Shown here piece by piece: positions 16,437 to 23,971 of a DNA stretch of 64,000 bases (its first letter is position 1; the number at the start of each line of letters is the position of its first letter). Origin of the DNA: Planctomycetota bacterium (lineage in GTDB: Bacteria; Planctomycetota; Phycisphaerae; UBA1845). The notes below the pieces were generated by a model. It saw only the letters and a list, made by a program, of their open reading frames with translations. It was not told where the DNA came from and searched no databases. Location of the stretch: positions 2,972 to 66,971 of the forward strand of contig JAZDHF010000280.1 in assembly GCA_043806315.1 (NCBI GenBank), given 5' to 3'. Made by a program: the position numbers and the translations under genes.

Positions 16437-16460
16437 GCTTAGCCTCCATTCCGCATTCGC
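16388..16460. promoter_or_regulatory. Perfect 15-bp stem hairpin bracketing the SD and start codon of the first pseudopilin gene
   Basis: GCGAATGCGGAATGG (16388-16402) and CCATTCCGCATTCGC (16446-16460). The loop holds GGAGG and the ATG (16434-16436). The region has a 7-nt GAAnnnn periodicity. Confidence 0.6.
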
Positions 16461-16469
16461 CGTTTCGGC

Positions 16470-17726
16470 TCAACCTTTAGAAACATTCTCGATCAGTTTG
16501 ACCAGAGGCAGGAACAGCGCGATCACGATGAACCCGACGATACTGCCCAGGAGGACGACCATGAGCGGCTCAAGGAGGGAGACCAGGCTCGCCACCGCGA
16601 CGTCGATGTCCTCCTCGTAGTTGTCCGCGATCTTCAGCAGCATCTTGTCGAGCTCGCCGGTTTCCTCGCCGACGTCGATCATATTGGTCACCAATCCGTC
16701 GCAAACCCTGGTCGCCCGCAACGGGGCGGCGAAGCTCTCGCCCTCGCGGATGGAGTCGTGTACTTTCTCCATGGCCCGCGAGTAAACCTCGTTGCCGGAG
16801 GTTTCGCGAGTGATAAGGATCGCCTCCAGGATCGGCACGCCCGCGCTGATGAGCGTGCCCAGGGTGCGCGTAAATCGCGCCACCGCGTTTTTCTCCAGCA
16901 GGTTTCCGAAAACGGGGATTTTCAACCCCACGAAGTCCACCACGTACCGCCCGCCCTTGGAGGATCGGATCAGCTTGAACACGAAATAGATCGCGAACGG
17001 GCCGAACAGGATAACCGCCCACCCCGGCGGTTTCCCCTTCATCACCCAGTCCGACGTATTCATCAACACCAACGTCATACCCGGCAAGGTGACGTCGAAG
17101 TCCCTGAAAATGTCTTTGAACTTGGGGATGACCACGATCATGATGCCGGTCACGATGCCCATGGCGAACGTAACCACGACGATCGGGTAGATCATCGCCC
17201 CGATGATCTTTCGCTTCAGCTTCTCCGCTTTCTCCATGAACTCGGCCAAACGCTGCAGGATCACGTCGAGCACGCCGCCCGTCTCCCCCGCCGCGACCAT
17301 GTTCACGTACAGACGGTTGAACGCTTTGGGGTGCTTGGAACACGCCTCCGACAACGTCGAACCGCCCTCGATATCCTCCGCGACCCCGCGCAGAATGTTC
17401 TTCAGCGTCCCCGGTTTTTGTTGCTCTTCGAGGATGTTGAGGCTGCGGAGGATCGGCAAACCGGCGTCCTGCAGGGTGGAAAGCTGGCGAGTGACCTCGG
17501 TCAGGACCTTGGTCTTGACCCGCCCGAAGGCGAAGCCGCCGCCTTTCTTCTTCTTCTTGCCCGGAGCGGCGGCCTTCGCCTTGGTGCCGCCCTTTTCGCG
17601 GATGCGCGTCGGGAAGTAGCCGAGGTTGCGGATTTTGGCGAGAGCGTCCTCGTTGGAGAGCGCCTCGAGCTCGTCCTTCACCTGCTCCCCGCCCTGATTC
17701 ATGGCCTCATAGGCGAATGTCGGCAT
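16470..17726 (-). CDS. Type II secretion/type IV pilus platform protein (GspF/PilC family)
   Basis: 418 aa. Two T2SSF-type repeats with TM segments. Sits next to the secretion ATPases. Confidence 0.9.
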   Translation of the reverse strand: MPTFAYEAMNQGGEQVKDELEALSNEDALAKIRNLGYFPTRIREKGGTKAKAAAPGKKKKKGGGFAFGRVKTKVLTEVTRQLSTLQDAGLPILRSLNILEEQQKPGTLKNILRGVAEDIEGGSTLSEACSKHPKAFNRLYVNMVAAGETGGVLDVILQRLAEFMEKAEKLKRKIIGAMIYPIVVVTFAMGIVTGIMIVVIPKFKDIFRDFDVTLPGMTLVLMNTSDWVMKGKPPGWAVILFGPFAIYFVFKLIRSSKGGRYVVDFVGLKIPVFGNLLEKNAVARFTRTLGTLISAGVPILEAILITRETSGNEVYSRAMEKVHDSIREGESFAAPLRATRVCDGLVTNMIDVGEETGELDKMLLKIADNYEEDIDVAVASLVSLLEPLMVVLLGSIVGFIVIALFLPLVKLIENVSKG

Positions 17727-17770
17727 AACTCACCGTCACCACATGTTTCTGCGTTTCTGCTTTTCTGCGT

Positions 17771-19579
17771 TTATTCCTCGATGATCGTTTCCTTCACGAC
17801 CTCATCGAGGGTGGTGATCCCTTCGTAAATCGCCATCAAGCCGGTCTCACGCAGCGTGCGCATGCCGCGCTTGACCGCTTCGTGTCGCAGCACGGCCGTC
17901 GATCCCTTGCGCATGATGAGCTCGCGCAAGGGGTCGTCCAGGATCATTGACTCGTAAATCCCCATCCGGCCCCGGTAGCCGGTGTTGTTGCAGTAGTCGC
18001 ACCCCTTACCGTAAAAGAACATCCGATCGCCGACGTCCTCCGGCCGCAGGTCGACTTCCATCAGTTGCTCTTCGGTCGGGCGGTACTCGGCCTTGCAGTT
18101 GGTACAAATCCGCCGCACCAACCGCTGAGCCACGATCGCCTCAAGTGTCGCCGTAATCAAAAACGGCTCCATCCCGAGGTCCAACAAGCGCGCGATAGCG
18201 GACGGTGCGTCGTTCGTATGCAGCGTCGTGAAGACCAGGTGTCCCGTCAACGAGGCTTGAACGCTGATTTGGGCCGTCTCCAAGTCGCGGATTTCGCCGA
18301 CGAGGATGATGTCCGGGTCCTGCCGCAAGAAGCTACGGAGGCAGCGGGCGAAGGTCAGCCCCACGTCCGGGCGGACCTGCGTTTGAATGATCCCGTCGAT
18401 GTCGTACTCCACGGGGTCCTCGGCGGTAAGAATCTTCACGTCCGGCTCGTTGAGTTCCGAGAGAGCGGAATACAGCGTCGTGGTTTTGCCGCAGCCGGTT
18501 GGACCCGTGTTGATGATGATCCCATTGGGTTTACGCATGAGCTGGCGGAAGGTCGCCAACTCATCGTCGCGCATTCCGATCTTATCGAGGCTGAGCGCCA
18601 CGACGGAGCGGTCGAGCACGCGGAGCACCACGCTTTCCCCGAACATCGTCGGCAGCACGCTGACGCGAAGGTCGATGGGCATCCCCCGCAAGGACAGCTC
18701 GATGCGTCCATCCTGGGGGAGTCGCCGCTCGGCGATGTCGAGGTTGGCCATGACCTTGATCCGCGAGGCGATGGCCAGGGCCACGTACCGCGGCGGCGGC
18801 ACCATCTCGTACAGCACGCCGTCGATGCGGTAGCGCATCTTGAACTCCTCGTCGAACGGTTCGAAGTGGATGTCGCTCGCCTTGTCCTTGATGGCTTGGA
18901 GCAACACCAGGTTGAGGAGCTTCTTGACCGGGTTGAGGCCCATCATCTCCTTGATTTCGGCGAGGTCGATGGAGTCTCCGCGGTTGTTGAACTTAGCGAG
19001 GTCTTCGTCATCGGCCAGCTCGCCGATCAGGTTGGCGATGGATTCCTGCTCCCCTTCGGGATAGAACCGGTCGATGGCGTTTTGCAACTCTTGGGGGGAG
19101 CAGAGGAACGCCTTGATGTTGAAGCCCAAGAGCGTCTTGAGATCATCCGTGGCCATGAAGTTGTCCGGGTTATCGAGGGCCACGGAGAGCTCGTTCCGCT
19201 CGCGATTCAACTCGAAGGCGACCACCCGGTAGGTGTTGGCCATTTGGGCGGTCATCACCGCGACCACCTCGGGAGGAACGTCGAGCTTTCCCAGGTCCAC
19301 CGTGCCCATTCCGCTCTGGGCGGCCAGGGCAATGTTGAGCTCTTCCTCGGTGACGTAACCCAACTCGACGAGGATTTGTCCCAGCGGGCCTCGCTTCTGC
19401 TTTTGGATGTCGAGAGCCTCGTGGACCTGCGTGCGGCGCAGCTTCCCCATCTTGATGAGGATGCGACCGAGCTGCCGCCCGCGAAGCTGCTCGATGGGCG
19501 GCATCTTCAGCTTCGCCTTTGCGGCGGGGGCCGCGCTCGGCTTGGCGGTCGCAGGATTGGTGGTCGGTTGAGGCGGCAT
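17771..19579 (-). CDS. GspE/PilB-family secretion ATPase, copy 1
   Basis: 602 aa. N-terminal T2SSE_N-like region, Walker A GPTGCGKTTT, C-terminal CxxC...CxxC cluster. Confidence 0.9.
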   Translation of the reverse strand: MPPQPTTNPATAKPSAAPAAKAKLKMPPIEQLRGRQLGRILIKMGKLRRTQVHEALDIQKQKRGPLGQILVELGYVTEEELNIALAAQSGMGTVDLGKLDVPPEVVAVMTAQMANTYRVVAFELNRERNELSVALDNPDNFMATDDLKTLLGFNIKAFLCSPQELQNAIDRFYPEGEQESIANLIGELADDEDLAKFNNRGDSIDLAEIKEMMGLNPVKKLLNLVLLQAIKDKASDIHFEPFDEEFKMRYRIDGVLYEMVPPPRYVALAIASRIKVMANLDIAERRLPQDGRIELSLRGMPIDLRVSVLPTMFGESVVLRVLDRSVVALSLDKIGMRDDELATFRQLMRKPNGIIINTGPTGCGKTTTLYSALSELNEPDVKILTAEDPVEYDIDGIIQTQVRPDVGLTFARCLRSFLRQDPDIILVGEIRDLETAQISVQASLTGHLVFTTLHTNDAPSAIARLLDLGMEPFLITATLEAIVAQRLVRRICTNCKAEYRPTEEQLMEVDLRPEDVGDRMFFYGKGCDYCNNTGYRGRMGIYESMILDDPLRELIMRKGSTAVLRHEAVKRGMRTLRETGLMAIYEGITTLDEVVKETIIEE

Positions 19580-19589
19580 TACCTAACGT

Positions 19590-20735
19590 TCAACTTCTGA
19601 ACACCGACGCCTCTTCTTCCTCACCCTCAGCGCCGACTTTCTTCTCCATCTTGCTCATGTCCAGCCCGCGGCGGTGGGCGTCGATCTTGTCCTGCATGGC
19701 CCCCGGATGTCGCGATTTGTCGATGCAGTCCTCGGCGTTGATCGTGCCGGCTTCATACAATGTCCACAGGTGCTCGTCGAGCAACTGCATGCCGTACTTC
19801 TTCCCCGTTTGGATGGCGGAGTCGATGCGGAATGTCTTGTTCTCCCGGATCAGGTTGGCGATGGCCGGCGTGGTAACCATGAACTCGTACGCCGCGATCA
19901 TCCCCTTCCCAATCCGCGGCAGCAGCACTTGGGACAAACTGGCGATCAGGTTGGTCGACATCTGCACGCGGATTTGCTCCTGCTGCTCGTGCGGGTACGC
20001 GTCGATGATTCGGTTGATGGTGCCCTGGCAGCCCGTGGTGTGCAGCGTGCTGAAGACCAGGTGCCCGGTCTCGGCGGCGCGGATTCCGGCCGCTATGGTC
20101 TCCAAATCGCGGAACTCGCCGACCAGGATTACGTCCGGGTCCATACGCAACACACGCTTCAGCGCTTCCGAGAAGCTCGGCACGTCCGTCCCGATTTCAC
20201 GCTGGTTGACGAGCGACTTCCTATGGGTGTGGTAGTACTCGATGGGGTCCTCGACGGTAACGATGTGGCGATCGAGGCTCTTGTTGATGTAGTCGAGCAT
20301 GGTCGCCAGGGTCGTGGTCTTTCCGCACCCTGTCGGCCCGGTGACCAGGAACAGCCCGCGCGGCCGACGGCACAACGCCCGGCAGATATTGGGAAGACCG
20401 ATCTCCTCAAAGGTCAGCAACTTGGCCGGGATCAGACGCAGCACGATCGCGATGTTGCCCTTCTGCTTGAAGATGGATACACGAAACCGCCCCGCGTCCC
20501 CGAAGGCAAAGGCGAAGTCCGTGCCGCCCTCTTCCTGCAGCTCTTGTTGGTTGCGTTCGGGGCAGATGGCCTTCATCAGGGCCGTGGTATCGTCGGGGCC
20601 GAGGACTTTCGTCTCCAGCGAACGCAGATGCCCCTGCAAGCGGATGACCGGCGGTCGCCCGACGGTCAGATGCAAGTCGGATGCTCCCTGTTTGATGACC
20701 GTCTCCAACAGATGATCGATGTGAAGACTCGCCAT
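19590..20735 (-). CDS. pilT: PilT-family retraction ATPase
   Basis: 381 aa. GASDLHLTVGRPPVIRLQG N-terminus and Walker A GPTGCGKTTT. About 35 aa of acidic C-terminal extension. Confidence 0.88.
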   Translation of the reverse strand: MASLHIDHLLETVIKQGASDLHLTVGRPPVIRLQGHLRSLETKVLGPDDTTALMKAICPERNQQELQEEGGTDFAFAFGDAGRFRVSIFKQKGNIAIVLRLIPAKLLTFEEIGLPNICRALCRRPRGLFLVTGPTGCGKTTTLATMLDYINKSLDRHIVTVEDPIEYYHTHRKSLVNQREIGTDVPSFSEALKRVLRMDPDVILVGEFRDLETIAAGIRAAETGHLVFSTLHTTGCQGTINRIIDAYPHEQQEQIRVQMSTNLIASLSQVLLPRIGKGMIAAYEFMVTTPAIANLIRENKTFRIDSAIQTGKKYGMQLLDEHLWTLYEAGTINAEDCIDKSRHPGAMQDKIDAHRRGLDMSKMEKKVGAEGEEEEASVFRS

Positions 20736-20756
20736 TCCATTCGTCCTCGAGAACCG

Positions 20757-22475
20757 TTACGCTGTTTCCGCCACGATCCCCTCTGCCTGGGTTGTGCCTA
20801 CCAGATCGTCCGCGGTGGTCACGCCCCGCAGCACCTTCAGCTTTCCATCCTCCAACAACGTTCGCATTCCGGCCGCCCGGGCCGCCGCCCGAAGCTGGGT
20901 CGTTGTCGCGCGGTTGAAGGCCAGGTCGCGGATTTGCGTGTTCATCGTCATCAATTCAAAGATGCCGATACGCCCTCGAAACCCCGTGCCGCTGCACCGC
21001 TTGCACCCCACTCCCTTCCAGAACGTCTTCCCGGCCGTTTCCGCCTCGGTAAACCCCAGCAGCTTGAGCGACCGGGGGTTCGGATTGGGATCCTCCACCT
21101 TGCACTCCGTGCAGATCACCCGGACGAGCCGCTGGCCCATGATCGCCTGGATGGAACTGGCCACCAGGAAGGGCTTGATCCCCATATCGGTCAAGCGCGT
21201 GATCGCCGAGGGAGCGTCGTTGGTATGCAGGGTGCTGAACACCAAGTGGCCCGTCAGCGCTGCCTGGATCGCCACGTCCCCCACTTCGCGGTCACGGATT
21301 TCGCCGACCAGGATGATGTTCGGCGCCTGACGCAGCATCGAGCGGAGAATCCTGGCGAAAGAGAGTCCGATTTCCTCCTTCACCTGGCACTGGTTCATCC
21401 CCGTGAAGTTGTACTCTACCGGGTCCTCGGCGGTGATGATCTTCTTGTCCGGGCGGTTCAACTCTTGGAGGGCGGCGTACAGCGTCGTCGTCTTCCCGCT
21501 GCCGGTGGGCCCGGTCACCAGGAAGATGCCGTTGGGCCGGTGAATAATCTTGAGGAACTTCTGGTAATCGTCCTCCGCGAAGCCCAGCGCCGGGATCCCC
21601 ACGCGAACCGATTCGGGCCGGAGAATACGAAGAACCGTGCTTTCGCCGTGATACGCGGGGAGGGCGCTCACCCGGAAGTCGATGTCGCTGCCCCCGATCC
21701 GCATCTTGATCCGACCGTCCTGCGGAACCCGACGCTCCGCGATGTCCATCCCCGACATGATCTTCAACCGCGTCCCCACCGATCCCTGCATCGCCTTGGG
21801 GATGTCGTCACGGATGTGGCAAACGCCGTCGATGCGGAAGCGCACGCGGACGCGGTCCGCCATCGGCTCAATGTGGATGTCGCTCGCCCGCGTGTGCACC
21901 GCCTCGGTAATGATGAGGTTGATCAGCCGGACGATCGGGGCGTCGCCCTCCTCGGCCTGCAAGGTCTTGCTCCCCGCCCCGCCCTCTTCCTCCGGGGCCT
22001 CCTGGTCAATGCTCGCCATGGTCTGCGAAAGCATGTCGCCCTGCGGGTTCACGAACTTCTCGATGAAATGCTTCACCTTGCTCAGGGGCGCCAGCGTGGG
22101 GACGATCTCCCGACCCAGCTTGAACCGCAGCAGGTCCAGGGTCTCCAAGTCCAGGGGATCGGTGATGATGACCTTCAGTTTCGGTCCGTCCTCGCCGAGA
22201 GGGAGGACGGAGTAGTCCTCGATCATCTTGGACGGGATCAGGCCCAGCACCTCGCGATCCACGACGTGCTTATCCAGGTCGATGTATTCCAGCCCGAACT
22301 GGGTCGCCAAGGCCTTGAGCACGTCGTCCTCGGTGCACAACTCCAGCTCGACCAGGGCCTCCCCGATCCGCTTGTTGTGCTCCTTGGCGTAAGCGAGGGC
22401 GTCGGCCAGGGCGTTGGCGTCGATGATGCCCCAGCCGACCAGCGTCTCACCGAGTTTCTTGCGTACTTTGGCCAT
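20757..22475 (-). CDS. GspE/PilB-family secretion ATPase, copy 2
   Basis: 572 aa. Walker A GPTGSGKTTT and a tetracysteine motif (CTECK...CKRCSGTG). Confidence 0.9.
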   Translation of the reverse strand: MAKVRKKLGETLVGWGIIDANALADALAYAKEHNKRIGEALVELELCTEDDVLKALATQFGLEYIDLDKHVVDREVLGLIPSKMIEDYSVLPLGEDGPKLKVIITDPLDLETLDLLRFKLGREIVPTLAPLSKVKHFIEKFVNPQGDMLSQTMASIDQEAPEEEGGAGSKTLQAEEGDAPIVRLINLIITEAVHTRASDIHIEPMADRVRVRFRIDGVCHIRDDIPKAMQGSVGTRLKIMSGMDIAERRVPQDGRIKMRIGGSDIDFRVSALPAYHGESTVLRILRPESVRVGIPALGFAEDDYQKFLKIIHRPNGIFLVTGPTGSGKTTTLYAALQELNRPDKKIITAEDPVEYNFTGMNQCQVKEEIGLSFARILRSMLRQAPNIILVGEIRDREVGDVAIQAALTGHLVFSTLHTNDAPSAITRLTDMGIKPFLVASSIQAIMGQRLVRVICTECKVEDPNPNPRSLKLLGFTEAETAGKTFWKGVGCKRCSGTGFRGRIGIFELMTMNTQIRDLAFNRATTTQLRAAARAAGMRTLLEDGKLKVLRGVTTADDLVGTTQAEGIVAETA

Positions 22476-22738
22476 TGGTCCGTGGGATTGTTACTGTTGT
22501 TCCGGCCGCCGGCGCTATCGGGCCGCGTCCATGCGGAATCCGGGTCGCGGCCCCGGCGCACCGGGGTCCAGGCAGTAAGGCATACCCAGTACGGATTCTA
22601 GTGGCCCACCCGGCGAACTTCAACCCGCCCCAGGGGGGGTCGGCTCGGGGTCATGACGGCCCGTAGACGGCGTTCTTTGGGGTGTCGCAAATCCCGGGGC
22701 GCCGGTTGCCCGCCGCCGGAGGCGCGTAGCGCATGTGA

Positions 22739-23932
22739 TTACTCGTCTGGGACGAGGGGGAGGTTTGTCGGAGGCGTATCGTCGAAGATCTCGTAGGCCC
22801 CCATGTCCACCGTCCCCAAACGGATGCGCGCCAGGAGCCCAAGGTCCTTCGGGGTCGGCTCGACGGTGTTCGTGTCCCAGTCGAGATCGCCCGCATCGGG
22901 CGGCAACGTATCGGCGGTGGGAGTACTATCGCCCGTGTTCTTGCACGGAGACGTGGCCTGCAATCCGTACGCGCCTGCCGCGGCGCTCAGAAACTGCGGA
23001 TGGGCGTTGATGTTGCCCATCCCGCTCCAGCCTCCTTGAACGTCGCTATACCTGACGTCCGGGCCGTCACCGGGCCCGTAGATCTGATCCCAGGTCGGCG
23101 CCGGCGGGTCTCCCTCAACTCTTGTATTACCCCATAGAATGCAGTTGCGGAGCTTGAGACTCTCCGACGGGTCGCTGACCGCTCCGCCGCGCAGCCACGT
23201 CGCCTGATTGTTCGCGAACGTGCAGTTGGTGAAGACCGCGCCCCCACCCGGTGACATCGCGAAGGCCCCGCCCCGTCCGGCCTTGTTGTCGTGGAACAGG
23301 CAGTTCGTAAACGTGGCGGAAGCACTCTCCAGGAACACCGCGCCTCCTTCGTGGGGCGCGTCGTCCCGCGCCGTGGCGCCGTTGTGACGGAAGATACAGT
23401 TGACGAACTGCGGCGAACTGTTGCCGCGGATCACGACGGCACCGCCGAGGATGGAAGCCGTGTTGTTCTCGAATGTGCACTGCACAATCATGGCGCTGCT
23501 GTCCGACAAACTCAGGCCGCCGCCGCCGTGATCGTCCGTGTCATGCCCGCTTCTGATGCTGAATCCGCGAAGCACGGTAGCTGCCGAATGGTTCGCACTC
23601 TTGACGCACTGCTTGGTTCCGCCGCCGTCGACGATGGTGACGTTGGCCGTCGGGTTGCTTTGCGAGGCGCTCGTCTCAGTCCCGGCAAAGCCGCCGATGA
23701 TCTGCACGCCCTGTTTCAAGTCGAACCGCGGGTACGTTCCGGCCTTGACCCAAATCTGATCGCCCGAGTTGGAAGCCGCACGGGCGTCGCCCAGCGTGCA
23801 GGCGTCGGCCCAACTCAGGCAGTCACCCGTCCCCGTGGCGGCGACTTTGGCGTAGCGCGTCGCCGCCTCGGCCACCGACGAAAAAACCAACAGACCGCCG
23901 AACGCAATTGTCAAACTGCAAGTTTGCTTCAT
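22739..23932 (-). CDS. Secreted right-handed beta-helix repeat protein
   Basis: Signal peptide MKQTCSLTIAFGGLLVFSSVAEA. Repeated xNCxFxxN rungs (FTNCLFHDN, FTNCTFANN, LRNCILWGN). C-terminal VDMGAYE. Confidence 0.7.
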   Translation of the reverse strand: MKQTCSLTIAFGGLLVFSSVAEAATRYAKVAATGTGDCLSWADACTLGDARAASNSGDQIWVKAGTYPRFDLKQGVQIIGGFAGTETSASQSNPTANVTIVDGGGTKQCVKSANHSAATVLRGFSIRSGHDTDDHGGGGLSLSDSSAMIVQCTFENNTASILGGAVVIRGNSSPQFVNCIFRHNGATARDDAPHEGGAVFLESASATFTNCLFHDNKAGRGGAFAMSPGGGAVFTNCTFANNQATWLRGGAVSDPSESLKLRNCILWGNTRVEGDPPAPTWDQIYGPGDGPDVRYSDVQGGWSGMGNINAHPQFLSAAAGAYGLQATSPCKNTGDSTPTADTLPPDAGDLDWDTNTVEPTPKDLGLLARIRLGTVDMGAYEIFDDTPPTNLPLVPDE

Positions 23933-23971
23933 GGCATTACACTCCCTCATTCGTCATTCGTAACTCATCAT

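Noticed and set aside
10297-16460. Possible CRISPR array, suggested by the many short repeats
   Set aside because: The repeats are 7-nt tandem units arranged as inverted arms, not 25-40 bp direct repeats separated by unique spacers of constant length. No cas genes are nearby. The 126-bp repeats at 31410-32165 are WD40 coding repeats.
18065-19600. 511-aa plus-strand ORF
   Set aside because: It is antisense to the 602-aa GspE/PilB-like gene and has low-complexity composition.
19674-22601. 975-aa plus-strand ORF, the longest in this part of the track
   Set aside because: It is antisense to PilT and the PilB-like ATPase, which carry unambiguous Walker and secretion-ATPase motifs. The ORF product is R/G/H/D/Q-rich with no recognisable motif. 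This is a typical high-GC antisense artefact.
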